DNA of 52,426 bases from a bacterium (GTDB taxonomy: Bacteria > Hinthialibacterota > Hinthialibacteria > Hinthialibacterales > Hinthialibacteraceae), in NCBI GenBank assembly GCA_041946805.1, contig JBHGBC010000069.1, positions 1-52,426 on the forward strand, read 5' to 3'. The position numbers and the translations under genes were made by a program. The notes beneath the pieces were generated by a model. It did not search any database. It was not told where the DNA came from and saw only the letters and a program-made list of their open reading frames with translations. Below, one piece after another: positions 1 through 10,813 of the stretch. Position 1 is the first letter of the stretch. Each line of letters opens with the position of its first letter.

Positions 1-30
1 GAAAAGAGGCCGAAAGCGTAGCGAAAGGCT

Positions 31-67
31 TTCCCTCACCCTATCCCTCTCCCCGAGGGAGAGGGGA
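31..67 (+). repeat. boxC-like palindromic repeat (CCCTCACCC...CCCTCTCCC-loop-GGGAGAGGG)
   Basis: About 13 copies: 31, 9253, 13175, 17652, 17912, 18465, 23870, 32595, 35464, 37512, 40080, 40936, 50757. Confidence 0.85.
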
Positions 68-223
68 TGGTTTTACGGGAAGCCATGGTTGACAATTGAA
101 TGCTGGGGAAATGAAAAGCCACTGGACAAACCAATTTCTTCACGGTTATTGAATAACAGAATATCCAAAACGTCAAAATAAATAAATCACCTTCTTTGCT
201 TCATGATATTGGAAGGGATAAAA

Positions 224-1339
224 ATGATGTACCGGCTATTGCTTCCTATCGTCCTGCTCCTGCCCACAAATTCTGTTCACTCCGCCACGTTGACCATTGA
301 AGTGCTTCGTCCGGATGGGAAACCGGCCGAGAACGTACCGGTCCATGGCATTCGCTTGTTATGGCGCTCGCCCAAAGAGGAGGTATTGGGAAAAACTGAC
401 ATAAACGGCCGCTTTACGGTGTCATTCAACGATGATCAAGGAGAACCAGCCCCGCTGATCTTCCCCGATGAAATCGCTTATTCCAAATACCCGGAGAAAA
501 AGGGGTATGGGATTTACCGTTTTATCCTGACTCCCGATCAATACTCCTGGAAATTATCGGATTCGTATTATTGGAACCATCCCGATCTCTGGCACGCAAA
601 GGGATCCGAAATTCATGGTTCATATATTCTTGGAAATTACGATGATCAGGTGAAAATCAACCAAAATCCACAACCCGGTCAAGATTCCAACTGGAATTAC
701 GGCCAAGTGATTTTAGTGCATCCGGATGAATCCTTGACCTGGAAGGTCCAACTCAACGAGAGGGAAAAGCAACGCATCGCCGTCCGTGACCAATTCAACG
801 CTCCCGTTCCCTACATGCAACTCGATGTCTATCTAGGTTTCGGTTTCCATTATGGCGGTCTTGATATCGGGTCGGTTTGCACGGATGAACAGGGCCATTT
901 CGAGTTGGATTGGGTGGAGGATTTCACGTACTCATTCATTACCGATGCTTATTTTCAATATTACGCTCCCGATCAGCCATTCCGGACCGGCCGGATTGAT
1001 ACCAAGATTACCGGAGACCATCCGGTCATTCGTTTCAAAAAATCGACTGGTACTCCCATAACCATCTTTGCCATTGAAAAAGAGACGGGTGAGCCGGCCG
1101 CGGATACAACTATAATCACCGTCATGGATTTCGAGAACATCCGGCAGGGCGGCCCGTACGGCAAAACCGGGCCGGATGGCTGTTTCCACGAGGAACATTT
1201 CAATCCCGAACATGTGGCCTCGTTCGGCGTGTTCAAGGAGGGTTATGAAGAATGCCGTTGGCTCGATATCAGCCAATACACCCCCGGCGGGGAATACTGC
1301 TTTGAGTTGATCAAGAAAAAGGGAGGAGATTCGAAATAA
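224..1339 (+). CDS. Hypothetical secreted protein with beta-sandwich (carboxypeptidase-regulatory-like) repeats
   Basis: ORF 203..1339. ATG at 224 follows GGAAGG. Signal peptide MYRLLLPIVLLLPTNSVHSA. Repeated 'GKTD.NGRF / TDEQGHF / GKTGPDGCF' motifs. Confidence 0.6.
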   Translation: MMYRLLLPIVLLLPTNSVHSATLTIEVLRPDGKPAENVPVHGIRLLWRSPKEEVLGKTDINGRFTVSFNDDQGEPAPLIFPDEIAYSKYPEKKGYGIYRFILTPDQYSWKLSDSYYWNHPDLWHAKGSEIHGSYILGNYDDQVKINQNPQPGQDSNWNYGQVILVHPDESLTWKVQLNEREKQRIAVRDQFNAPVPYMQLDVYLGFGFHYGGLDIGSVCTDEQGHFELDWVEDFTYSFITDAYFQYYAPDQPFRTGRIDTKITGDHPVIRFKKSTGTPITIFAIEKETGEPAADTTIITVMDFENIRQGGPYGKTGPDGCFHEEHFNPEHVASFGVFKEGYEECRWLDISQYTPGGEYCFELIKKKGGDSK

Positions 1340-1340
1340 C

Positions 1341-3455
1341 TCACCGCCCTCTCCGTGGCCGGGGGGCGCGTTGTTTTTGAATCTTGGCGAGCACCTGGTC
1401 CTCGGTTCCCAGGCCTGTCTGCTCGAGTTCCATGATCTTGTCGCGGTACACCGCCGCTTTCTCGAATTCCAGATTCTTGGCCGCCTCCACCATGCGCTGC
1501 TTGAGCAGGGCAATGGCCTCCTTCTTGTCCTTGGACTTGATATCCACCGAATCCGAAATCTGGTAGAGCAGTTCTTCCGTTTCGCGCTTCTTGGCCGAAC
1601 GGGCCTCGAGCAGGGAGCGCACCGCCTTTTGGATCGTCTTGGGAATGATGCCGTGCTTTTCGTTGTATTCCAACTGGATGCGGCGGCGGCGTTCCATCTC
1701 GGCGATGGCCCGCTCCATGGATTGGGTGGGCTTGTCGGCGTACATGATCACCTCGCCGGCCACGTTGCGCGCCGCGCGCCCGCAGGTCTGGATGAGCGAA
1801 CGCTCATCCCGCAGAAAGCCCTCTTGGTCGGCGTCGAGGATGGCCACCAGCGAGACCTCGGGCAGATCCAGCCCCTCGCGCAGCAGGTTGATGCCCACGA
1901 TCACGTCGAACTCGCCCGAGCGCAGTCCTTCGAGGATCTCCGCGCGCTCCAGGGTGTCGATCTGGAAGTGCAGATAGCGCACCTTGATGCCCAATTCCAT
2001 AATGTAATTGGAGAGATCCTCGGACATGCGCTTGGTCAGGGTGGTGACCAGCGTGCGCTCACCGCGCTCGATCCGCTCGCGGATGCGGCCGATGAGGTCG
2101 TCCACCTGTCCCGTGGCGGGCCTCACGGTGATCTTGGGATCCACCAGGCCCGTGGGCCGGATGATCTGTTCGACCACTTTCCCGCTGCTCTCCAGTTCCA
2201 GTTCCGTGGGCGTGGCGGAGACGAACACCGCTTGGTGGATGCTGTTCCAGAACTCCTCGAAGGCCAGCGGCCGGTTGTCGAGGGCCGAGGGCAGGCGGAA
2301 ACCGTACTCGACCAGCGTCCGCTTGCGGCTCTGATCGCCGCCGTACATGCCCCGCACCTGGGGCAGCATGATGTGCGATTCGTCCACGATGAGCAGATAG
2401 TCGTCGGGGAAATAATCCAGCAGCGTGTTGGGGGGCATGCCCGGCTGGCGGCCGTCGAGGTGGCGGGAGTAATTTTCGATGCCGTGGCAGATGCCGGTTT
2501 CGCGCAGCATCTCCAGGTCGTACATCGTGCGCTGTTCGAGGCGCTGCGCCTCCAGCAGGCGGTCTTGCTGGCGCAGTTCCTGCAGCCGCCCGCGCAGCTC
2601 TTCCTGGATGGTCTGCAACGCCCGTTGCATCCGTTCGGGCGCGGTGACGTAATGCCGCGCGGGATAAATGGTCACGCGCCCGTGCTCGCCCAGCACCTCG
2701 CCGGTGATGGGATTGATTTCCAGAATGCGGTCCACCTCGTCGCCCCACAACTCGATGCGGAAGGGCGTGTCGCCGTAGCTGGGGAACACTTCCACCACGT
2801 CGCCCCGGACGCGGAACGTCCCGCGGTGGAAATCCATGTCGTTGCGCGTGTATTGCAGATCCACCAGCCGCCGCAACAGTTTCTGCCGGGGGATGGAATC
2901 GCCCGCGCCAATGGGGCAGACCATCTCGCGGTAGTCTTGCGGCGAGCCCAGGCCGTAGATGCACGAGACCGAGGCCACGATGATCACGTCGCGCCGCTCC
3001 ATGAGGTGGGTGGTGGCTTCCAGGCGCAGGCGCTCGATTTCCTCGTTGATGGTGGCCTCCTTCTCGATGAAGATGTCCTTGGAGGGCACGTAGGCCTCGG
3101 GCTGGTAGAAATCGTAATACGAAACGAAATAGCCCACGGCGTTGTTCGGGAAAAACTCCTTGAATTCGCTGTAGAGCTGCGCGGCCAGCACCTTGTTGTG
3201 CGAAATGACCAGCGTGGGCCGGTTGATCCGCGCGATGACGTTGGCCATGGTGAAGGTCTTGCCGCTGCCGGTGACGCCCACCAGGGTTTGGAATTTGATC
3301 TTCTCTTCGATGCCCTTCACCAGTTCCTCGATGGCCTTGGGCTGATCGCCCGTGGGCTGATAGTCGGCCACCAGCTGGAAGGGGATGTCCTTCACGCCAC
3401 GGGTCTGCCGCCGCTCGGCGCTCTCGTTCAGGGCCACGATTTTTTCGATGCGCAT
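1341..3455 (-). CDS. uvrB: Excinuclease ABC subunit B
   Basis: [17 protein letters not shown]alker [11 protein letters not shown] beta-hairpin, [22 protein letters not shown]-terminal UVR domain ([11 protein letters not shown]). Start at MRIEK is inferred. Confidence 0.98.
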   Translation of the reverse strand: MRIEKIVALNESAERRQTRGVKDIPFQLVADYQPTGDQPKAIEELVKGIEEKIKFQTLVGVTGSGKTFTMANVIARINRPTLVISHNKVLAAQLYSEFKEFFPNNAVGYFVSYYDFYQPEAYVPSKDIFIEKEATINEEIERLRLEATTHLMERRDVIIVASVSCIYGLGSPQDYREMVCPIGAGDSIPRQKLLRRLVDLQYTRNDMDFHRGTFRVRGDVVEVFPSYGDTPFRIELWGDEVDRILEINPITGEVLGEHGRVTIYPARHYVTAPERMQRALQTIQEELRGRLQELRQQDRLLEAQRLEQRTMYDLEMLRETGICHGIENYSRHLDGRQPGMPPNTLLDYFPDDYLLIVDESHIMLPQVRGMYGGDQSRKRTLVEYGFRLPSALDNRPLAFEEFWNSIHQAVFVSATPTELELESSGKVVEQIIRPTGLVDPKITVRPATGQVDDLIGRIRERIERGERTLVTTLTKRMSEDLSNYIMELGIKVRYLHFQIDTLERAEILEGLRSGEFDVIVGINLLREGLDLPEVSLVAILDADQEGFLRDERSLIQTCGRAARNVAGEVIMYADKPTQSMERAIAEMERRRRIQLEYNEKHGIIPKTIQKAVRSLLEARSAKKRETEELLYQISDSVDIKSKDKKEAIALLKQRMVEAAKNLEFEKAAVYRDKIMELEQTGLGTEDQVLAKIQKQRAPRPRRGR

Positions 3456-3600
3456 GATATTTGTTTTACCGGATCTCTTTTCTTGACTTAACACTCTTAT
3501 CGGTTGGCGAAAAATCCTTTAGCATGGTATTATATCCGGTTTGGAGAAACTGAGACGATGATCGATGGGGCACAAGAAAGAGCGGGAAGGGATTAATCCA

Positions 3601-4686
3601 ATGGCCAATCCGAAAAAAGAGAGCGGCATAGCCCTTCGATACCTTAAATTAGAAAATTTTAAGGCATTCGATTCATTTGAAATCAATTTTCCCGCCCCCC
3701 GGATGAAGGACGATCCGGATATTTTTGTTCTGGGAAGCAAAAATGGTTTGGGAAAAACCTCGGTGCTGGAAGCCTGCGCGCTCTTGTTCCTGTGCGCGTG
3801 TTCTGGAAAAAAGGAGTTAATCATTCATCGTCGGCACGATTTCCCAATTGACCTTACTGAATTGTTGATCCGGGCAGGAAAAGAATCGGCGATCATTGAA
3901 GGGATGTTTGATTGTAAAAAGGAACCAGCTAAAGTCAAGTTAAAAATGGGGAAAAATAGGATTTTTGAATGCTCCGGGGACCTGGAATTGTTCAAAAAAT
4001 ATAGACAAGAACAATACCTTTCACGTGAGGAGATTGCTGAATATCTTCAATCCTGCCTTGCTGGATTAAATTCTGATCCTCTTGTATTACCCCCATTCAT
4101 GTATTTTCATAGCTATCGGAAAGTGCAAGAAGGAAATCCTGAATTTGGCATGATGGTAAGCGGACGTAGATATAATAGAGTTCGGTTTAGACCAGGGTAT
4201 GAATATCCAATTAGTACATTCAAATTAGAGATTTTACGTTCCATGATGGGCAAAGCGGAATTATTTGAAACCTTGGATGATGAAAAAGCAGGCGAAGTAT
4301 TGGAAAAGTTGAATGAGTTGGTAAAGAAATATGCGGGAGGAACGATCAGTAAACTTCGACCCTCTCCTGATAATACCATAGACTTTCGTATTGTCCCAAC
4401 CGGCGGAGGAGAATCATTCACATTCGATGGCCTGAGTTCAGGCCAAAAAGAAATCATTTCTACCCACTTTTTGATTTGGTATTATACTCGACAGAAGCCT
4501 GGAATTGTACTCATCGATGAGCCGGAATTGCATCTAAACGCCGAATGGCATCGCGATTTTATAAGGCAAGCTCATACGTTAGTTCCCGGCAATCAATACA
4601 TCCTCGCGACACATTCCGAGGATGTATTCGCTTCCGTCCCCGAAGACCGCCGCGCGCTCCTTGTCGAATCTCCGGTGCATGCATGA
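3601..4686 (+). CDS. ABC-type AAA ATPase (AAA_15/AAA_21-like), AriA-like component of a putative PARIS-type system
   Basis: LENFKAF start, Walker A GSKNGLGKTS, signature LSSGQK, Walker B VLIDEPELHL, H-loop LATHS. Visibly AT-richer than flanks. Confidence 0.85.
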   Translation: MANPKKESGIALRYLKLENFKAFDSFEINFPAPRMKDDPDIFVLGSKNGLGKTSVLEACALLFLCACSGKKELIIHRRHDFPIDLTELLIRAGKESAIIEGMFDCKKEPAKVKLKMGKNRIFECSGDLELFKKYRQEQYLSREEIAEYLQSCLAGLNSDPLVLPPFMYFHSYRKVQEGNPEFGMMVSGRRYNRVRFRPGYEYPISTFKLEILRSMMGKAELFETLDDEKAGEVLEKLNELVKKYAGGTISKLRPSPDNTIDFRIVPTGGGESFTFDGLSSGQKEIISTHFLIWYYTRQKPGIVLIDEPELHLNAEWHRDFIRQAHTLVPGNQYILATHSEDVFASVPEDRRALLVESPVHA

Positions 4687-5573
4687 TGATTACTGTAAAA
4701 ACAGGAATTCTTCCCGAAGATGTAAAGCAAAGTGCCAAACATGTAATATTTGTCGAAGGGAAAGATGACAATTCGTTTGATCGCCTGGTTTTGAGAACCT
4801 TGTTCCAGGATCGAATCGATGTCAAACCCCTGGGTCCGTCGTATCATATCCGCAGTGCCGCGGAAGCATTCTATAAGCATCACCCCACTTATTATTTCCT
4901 GATTGACCGGGATCATTACGATGATCACTTCGTTGAAGCCTGCTGGAGAAATTTCCCCGATCCTCAAACTCACAATCTTCTGGTTTGGAGACGCCGGGAG
5001 CTGGAAAACTATTTTATAATCCCGGAATATCTTAGCAATTCCAGTTATCTTAGGGTCTCGCAGGATTGCTTGTGTCAAGTTATTCGTGACGAGGCCCAAA
5101 AGAGGCTTTATATGGATGCCGCCAATCAGGTGATCCTATTTGTACGGGAAAAGCTTAAGGAAAATTGGATCCAATTATTCAGCCATCTGGACCAATTTCT
5201 TACCAAGGAAGCCGCCTTGGAACAACTTCGGATGCGAAAGGAATTTGATATATATAAAAGTAAAGCCGTTTGCTTAGTTGACGAGCAAAACATAGCCATT
5301 CGATTTGAGGAAATTCTATCACGATTGACAGGTGATGTTTCTCTTCTAACGTATGGTCAAGGAACCTGGTTGGAAGAAATAAGCGGCAAGGAAATATTCC
5401 ATGCCGTAGCCAACCGGTGTTTAGAGGTTAAGGACCAGAACGGAAATATATTGCGGGGACGGATTCAATTGAACGAAATTGTGAAGGATTTGTTGAAAAA
5501 GCCTTTGGATGTTCAACCCCCTGATTTTCAGCAACTACACGAGATGATCATCAAACGCATTCGTACCTCCTGA
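4683..5573 (+). CDS. TOPRIM-fold (DUF4435/OLD-like) protein, AriB-like
   Basis: ATGA overlap with the ATPase stop. Motifs IFVEGKDDNSFD, LIDRD (DxD) and RRELENY. Low GC. Confidence 0.75.
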   Translation: MMITVKTGILPEDVKQSAKHVIFVEGKDDNSFDRLVLRTLFQDRIDVKPLGPSYHIRSAAEAFYKHHPTYYFLIDRDHYDDHFVEACWRNFPDPQTHNLLVWRRRELENYFIIPEYLSNSSYLRVSQDCLCQVIRDEAQKRLYMDAANQVILFVREKLKENWIQLFSHLDQFLTKEAALEQLRMRKEFDIYKSKAVCLVDEQNIAIRFEEILSRLTGDVSLLTYGQGTWLEEISGKEIFHAVANRCLEVKDQNGNILRGRIQLNEIVKDLLKKPLDVQPPDFQQLHEMIIKRIRTS

Positions 5574-5753
5574 TCAACGCGGATCTTTTATGGATTGCGT
5601 GTTGCGATCTCTTCAACAACTCTTACTAACCTCCGGCAAGGAGCCTTTTATCCACCAGACCGAAATCCGTTATGGATTCTTCAAATCAGTCGTTAAGAAA
5701 GAATGAATTAGATTTGTTTCTCTCATAATGTGTCTGCCTGTCGGAGGATAAGC

Positions 5754-6653
5754 ATGAAATTGATTCGCTTATACGCATTACTTTGGCTCTCGATGACAAT
5801 CCCCATACCAAATTCCGCCTACCCCGCAATCCCCGCGGAAACCGAGGCCGCCGTTCCCGAATCCTTCGATCGCAAGGCCGGATTGGAATTGTACGAGGAT
5901 ATTTTGAAAGATTATCCGCCCATCCGTTCCCGGGTGATCGAGATCTGGGATGACAGGCCGATTCTCTCCTATTCGCGTTCGATTCCCATGACCGAAGCCA
6001 TTTGGAAGATGATCGAGGAAGGCGAGGTTTCCCGGGAGGACGGAATCGCTTTCGACCGCCGCGTGATCGACCGCAGCCAGGAGTTGTGTACCGAATTTCC
6101 CTTGACCGCCATCATGAACGATGGGGCCTTGCACTCCCATTTGCCCACCGCGGGGACGGATCTGCTGATGACAGCCTTCCAACTCTCCTCTCTATTGGGA
6201 GAAATTCACGATATCGAAATTTTTCTGAGATATTCGTACATCTTTGTGGGCAATTCCTACGATGCCATGGAATCTCCACCTAATGGTTCATCCGCGGCTT
6301 TTTTGGGGATTACCCGTACGCCGGCCCAGCGCATGAAATATTGGCCGGCGGCCAACGCCATCGTTACCCACGCCACAAAAACAATACCCATGCTGAAGGG
6401 GTTGCTTTGGAACACCTCGGTGCGGGATGAACTGCGGGACCGGGCGGCGGGCTTTCTAATTCTGCTCGACCGATCCTATTTGGATAAACACTTGATATCG
6501 GTTATGAATGAAGATGAAAAAGACGCGTTTTATGCCCGGCTCCAAAAAGGGTATGTCGATTACATCCGGCTGCAGAGCAGTTGGGGGCCGTTGCCTCAAC
6601 CCGAACGGCGCAAATTGAACCGCTGGTACCAGGATCTCAACCGGATGCGGTGA
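5754..6653 (+). CDS. Hypothetical secreted protein
   Basis: GGAGG RBS before ATG 5754; hydrophobic N-terminus; no recognised motif. Confidence 0.6.
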   Translation: MKLIRLYALLWLSMTIPIPNSAYPAIPAETEAAVPESFDRKAGLELYEDILKDYPPIRSRVIEIWDDRPILSYSRSIPMTEAIWKMIEEGEVSREDGIAFDRRVIDRSQELCTEFPLTAIMNDGALHSHLPTAGTDLLMTAFQLSSLLGEIHDIEIFLRYSYIFVGNSYDAMESPPNGSSAAFLGITRTPAQRMKYWPAANAIVTHATKTIPMLKGLLWNTSVRDELRDRAAGFLILLDRSYLDKHLISVMNEDEKDAFYARLQKGYVDYIRLQSSWGPLPQPERRKLNRWYQDLNRMR

Positions 6654-6748
6654 AATCTTTCATTCCCCCCGTGCTTGATTGATCCTCCAAGAACAGGTAG
6701 CTTCCCAAGGCAGAAGCGCGCAAGGTATTTTGGGGGAAAAAATCCGGC

Positions 6749-7882
6749 ATGGAAGCCCGTTCGAGCGTTCTCATCGTCTGGCATGGAGCCTTGTATCCAT
6801 CGTACCGGAAACCGTACTGGATTCTGCAAACCCAGCACGGCTGGGATGTCCATCTCCTCACGGTGCCGATGTGGAGCCAGGCCCTGCCGCGGCGCACCCG
6901 CTTCGAGCCGGCCGCCGATGAACCCATCACCCTGCACATTCGCCGGGCCTTCTGCAAAATGCACGGCGCGTTGTTTTTCCAGCCCGCTTTTTTCCGGATC
7001 TTCAACCGCGTTCAGCCGGACGTGGTGTACGTGATCGAGGAACCTTACTCCCTCATGGGCTGGCTGGTGACCTACTGGTGCAAGCGCAAGGTGCCCAACC
7101 TGCCGGTGATCCTCTACACCTACCAGGACATCCAAAAGACCTACCCCTTGCCGTTCCGGGCGATGGAGCGCTACGTGTTCCGCCACGCGGACCGCATCCT
7201 GGTCTCGCATTCCAAGGGCGGCTGGGTGCTCGAGCGGAAGGGATACGCCAAGATGTGGGACAAATTGCCCGCCGCCGTGAATCTCGACCGTTTCACCTAC
7301 AAGGAACCCCGTTACGCGGGCGGCCTGTTCACCCTGGGATACGTGGGACGCCTATCCGACGAAAAAGGCCTGGACACGCTGCTGTGGGCGTTGACCGAAT
7401 TAAGCGGGGAGGTCCGCCTGCGCATGGCTGGCGACGGCCCCGCCCGTTTCCGTCTCGAAAAACTGGCCCGGGAACTGGGAGTGTACGAGCAAGTGGCCTT
7501 TCTCAACGCCGTGTCCCATGAGGCTTTGCCCGATTTTTATCACGAATGCGACGCCCTGGTGCTGCCCTCCAAGACCCGCCCCAACTGGCAGGAACAATTC
7601 GGCCGGGTGCTGGTCGAGGCCATGGCCTGCGGCACGCCGGTGATCGGTTCGGACAGCGGTGCGATTCCCGAAGTCATCGGCGACACAGGCCTCACCTTCC
7701 CCGAAGGGAAACCCAAGGCCCTGGCCGACAAGATCTGGATGCTCAAGCAGGACACACGGCTGCAGAAGGATCTCTCGTTTCGCGGCCGGGTGCGGGTGGA
7801 ACGCGAGTATGCGGCTGAGCGGGTGGCCAAAAAACTGAATCAACATCTGCGCGAGGTGATCGAACATGCGCGTGGCGCTTAA
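6749..7882 (+). CDS. Glycosyltransferase family 4 (GT-B)
   Basis: GYVGRLSDEKG and EQFGRVLVEAMACGTPVIGSDSGAIPEVIG motifs. Confidence 0.93.
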   Translation: MEARSSVLIVWHGALYPSYRKPYWILQTQHGWDVHLLTVPMWSQALPRRTRFEPAADEPITLHIRRAFCKMHGALFFQPAFFRIFNRVQPDVVYVIEEPYSLMGWLVTYWCKRKVPNLPVILYTYQDIQKTYPLPFRAMERYVFRHADRILVSHSKGGWVLERKGYAKMWDKLPAAVNLDRFTYKEPRYAGGLFTLGYVGRLSDEKGLDTLLWALTELSGEVRLRMAGDGPARFRLEKLARELGVYEQVAFLNAVSHEALPDFYHECDALVLPSKTRPNWQEQFGRVLVEAMACGTPVIGSDSGAIPEVIGDTGLTFPEGKPKALADKIWMLKQDTRLQKDLSFRGRVRVEREYAAERVAKKLNQHLREVIEHARGA

Positions 7883-8939
7883 CGCCCTGGCCGTCACCAA
7901 CCGCAGCGGCACCGGCCGGTACGCCTGGGGACTGATCCATGGATTCATCCACCTCGCTCCTCCGGATTTTTTTCTCTCGGTCCTGATCCCCGCCGATTTT
8001 CCCATTCCCCCCGAATGGCGTCATTCAAAACAAGTGCGTTTTTATTCCATCCCCACGGGCGGAACCGGGCAACGCATTATCTGGGAGCAGTGGTTCCTGC
8101 CCGCCTGGCTGAGGAAAATCCAGCCGGACATCCTGCATTCCCCCGCGTTCATCATGCCGGTGTTACGTTCCTTAAAGGCCAAGCAGATCGTCACGGTTCA
8201 CGACCTGGCCTTCCGCCTCTATCCGCGAACCATCCCCTGGACGCGCCGCTGGTATTATGCCTGGGCGATCCCCGCATCCCTCCGCCGGGCGGATGCGGTC
8301 CTCACCGATTCGCGAACCGTTGCCGATGAGATTCGCCGTTTCTTCCCAGCATCCCGCCGCGTGACTTCCATCCCCCTGGGCCTGGACACCCTCCGCTTTC
8401 AGCCACAAAAAATGGATCAGGACAATGAAATCCTCTCCCGGTACGAGATCAACTCGCCCTACCTGCTGTTCGTGGGGACGCGTGAGCCGCGCAAGAATCT
8501 CGATACGCTGTTGAAAGCCTACGCCGAGGCGCGCCGCCAAGGCCTGAATCTGGACCTGGTGATCGCCGGCCGGATGGGTTGGATGATGGAGGATACATCT
8601 CTCCCCGGCGTGCGGCTGACCGGCCATGTGGAGGAAGACGCCGTTCCCGCCCTCTACCGCCACGCCCGCGCGGTGATCGCGCCTTCGCTGTACGAGGGCT
8701 TCGATCTGCCCGCTTCCGAGGCCCTGGCCTGCGGCGCGCCGGTTCTGGCTTCGGACATCCCCGTGCACCGCGAAGTGCTGGGAGACCGGGTCCGGTATGT
8801 AAATCCGGATAACGTTCCGGAATGGACGAACGCCCTGCTCGATGGGCCATCAATTCCCCGTGACGCGCATCCCTCCGGCCCGCGGGATTGGACTGCCGTG
8901 GCACGGGATACGTGGCGGTTGTATGCATCGGTATCGTAA
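7866..8939 (+). CDS. Glycosyltransferase family 4 (group 1)
   Basis: VTVHDL, FVGTREPRKN, PSLYEGFDLPASEALACGAPVLASDIP. Overlaps the upstream GT. Confidence 0.93.
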   Translation: MRVALNALAVTNRSGTGRYAWGLIHGFIHLAPPDFFLSVLIPADFPIPPEWRHSKQVRFYSIPTGGTGQRIIWEQWFLPAWLRKIQPDILHSPAFIMPVLRSLKAKQIVTVHDLAFRLYPRTIPWTRRWYYAWAIPASLRRADAVLTDSRTVADEIRRFFPASRRVTSIPLGLDTLRFQPQKMDQDNEILSRYEINSPYLLFVGTREPRKNLDTLLKAYAEARRQGLNLDLVIAGRMGWMMEDTSLPGVRLTGHVEEDAVPALYRHARAVIAPSLYEGFDLPASEALACGAPVLASDIPVHREVLGDRVRYVNPDNVPEWTNALLDGPSIPRDAHPSGPRDWTAVARDTWRLYASVS

Positions 8940-9252
8940 GACCGGAATCGGCCCTGGCGGGATTGGGGAGGGAGGATTCCACCCTCTCTTGAGCATCCGG
9001 GATTGGGGAAGAGTCACCGGACTCATGCCGGTCTGCTTCCTGGACGAACCTGGAATAATCCTTCCCGTTTATTGAAATTCCCCCATCGTTCCTGCGTATC
9101 AGATGGAGGGGGTGGTTTTATTTCCTAGGGTATGTTGAGATTTCGTAATGAATGATTTACCGAAAGGCCGAACCGTCCTGCAAGCCCAAGGGCGCGGCAC
9201 GAGCATGGCCCAGGGCGTATACCCCGGGCGCATAGCAAAAGGAACCACTCCA

Positions 9253-9288
9253 CTCTCCCTTTATGGGAGAGGGCCGGGGGTGAGGGAA
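9253..9288 (-). repeat. boxC-like repeat
   Basis: CTCTCCCTTTATGGGAGAGGGCCGGGGGTGAGGGA. Confidence 0.8.
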
Positions 9289-9404
9289 ACCGGAAAGGAC
9301 GCCAGGCAAAATATCCGTGCAATCGGGTGAACCGCCGCAAATTGTTTTATAAGGCTGCTTTGGAAAAACTCAACAGAACCTGACATGATGAAGGGATCCT
9401 GTCC

Positions 9405-10340
9405 ATGAAATTTCCCGGTTGGCGCTTGTGTCTATGCGAAATCCTCTGCGGCTTCTTCCTGACCGCGGGAGCCAGTCCAGAAGCCGCGGAAGAAACCGGG
9501 ACCGCGGAACCGGAACCAGCCACGGCGCCCGTCTACACCAATCTTCCCAGCCCACGCTTCATGACCCGCTGGTTGATCTGCGGGCCGTTCCCCGTACAGG
9601 AAACCCGCCCTGATTCAACACGGCTGCGTGAGCGGAGCCAGTCCCCTGGCAACGGGGCGGGGGGCGAATCCTCCCGGCAACGGGATGAATGGCTGTCACG
9701 GTTTTATGCCGGCCCCTTACAGCAGATCCGGACGTTTGATTTCGATTTCTTGAGCAACCAGGGCGGTGAGACAGGTATCCGGCCGCGGGTGGGGATGAGC
9801 CATCCGGACGGCGGCGGCTGGGAACTCCAATGGCGGTTGCATGAAAGCCCGGTGAACATCGTGGATTTGGTGGATGTTTTCGGGGCCAAGAGCCACGCGG
9901 TGGCATATGTTTATGCGGAGATTGTCATGGTCTATCCGGAAATGGCCGAACCCCCGGCGCAAGCCCTCGTGCTGGCCTTTGGGGCGGACGACTCGGACAA
10001 AATTTGGCTGAATGGAGACCTGGTCCACGAACGTTGGGGCGGAAGAGATATCGAGGTGGACGAAGACCGCATCCCCCTGGATCTCAAGGAAGGCGCCAAC
10101 CGCCTGCTGATCAAAGTGCAGAACATGGAAGGGGACTGGGGCTATGTCTGCCGGATCCTGACGCCGGAATTGCTCGAAAAGATCCACCTGGAAAACCGGC
10201 AGGCCGGTTTTTCCGTCGGACGCGTGACTCCCGCCGAAATCCTGCGACGGAATCCCTCCATATTTCTACTTCCCATTTTCCTCCTGGCGGTCGTGGTGAT
10301 TTTCTTGTTCGCGATTATGCGCAGCAAATTCGATTTGTGA
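9405..10340 (+). CDS. Membrane-anchored exported protein with a jelly-roll/PA14-like beta-sandwich domain
   Basis: Signal peptide; WLICGPF ... AVAYVYAEI ... GADDSDKIWLNG ... LKEGANRLLIKV; C-terminal TM helix. Confidence 0.65.
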   Translation: MKFPGWRLCLCEILCGFFLTAGASPEAAEETGTAEPEPATAPVYTNLPSPRFMTRWLICGPFPVQETRPDSTRLRERSQSPGNGAGGESSRQRDEWLSRFYAGPLQQIRTFDFDFLSNQGGETGIRPRVGMSHPDGGGWELQWRLHESPVNIVDLVDVFGAKSHAVAYVYAEIVMVYPEMAEPPAQALVLAFGADDSDKIWLNGDLVHERWGGRDIEVDEDRIPLDLKEGANRLLIKVQNMEGDWGYVCRILTPELLEKIHLENRQAGFSVGRVTPAEILRRNPSIFLLPIFLLAVVVIFLFAIMRSKFDL

Positions 10341-10470
10341 TCCCCATCCCTCGCCATGCCGCTCCGGCCGTACAAATGTGAATCCCCGATGCGATTTCCC
10401 TCATTCCTTGCTTTTTCCCACCCCCGCGATTAGGATTTTCCAACAAATCAGGCGGTTGTGTGGATTTCAG

Positions 10471-10677
10471 GGTTCGTTCGGCGAGTGCGTACTTGTTTCC
10501 CGGTAGGAGTGATCGGCCTCCATTCCGGTTGCCATGAGATCCGTCCTATATTTCCTCTCCCCGGAGGAGAGGATTATGGTGAAGGAATTCGCCGGAGCGG
10601 ACCGATGTCTCCGCCCGGATAGCGGAAACGGATCGCGTCAGTTTGGATTCGGCCAGTATGATCCGCCCGGATGAACC
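10471..10677. mobile_element. Degenerate MITE of the GGTTCATCCG-TIR family
   Basis: Left end GGTTCGTTCGGCGAGTGCGTAC (10471); right end ...CCCGGATGAACC (10677). No clear target duplication. Confidence 0.45.
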
Positions 10678-10813
10678 GATATTATCAATGCTAGATTCCG
10701 TTCTCATCCGGCGGTTTCCCTCGTATCGATTTTTCGAATCAAAGCGGCTACGGGGAGGAAAATCGTGGTCCCCCTGGCCGCTTGTTACTGTTGAATCCTC
10801 AGGCAGGAGAACC

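Noticed and set aside
1371..3491. 706-aa ORF antisense to uvrB, and similar long antisense ORFs over acrB, dnaA, the capsid gene and the esterase
   Set aside because: Shadow frames produced by high-GC codon bias opposite clearly recognisable genes.
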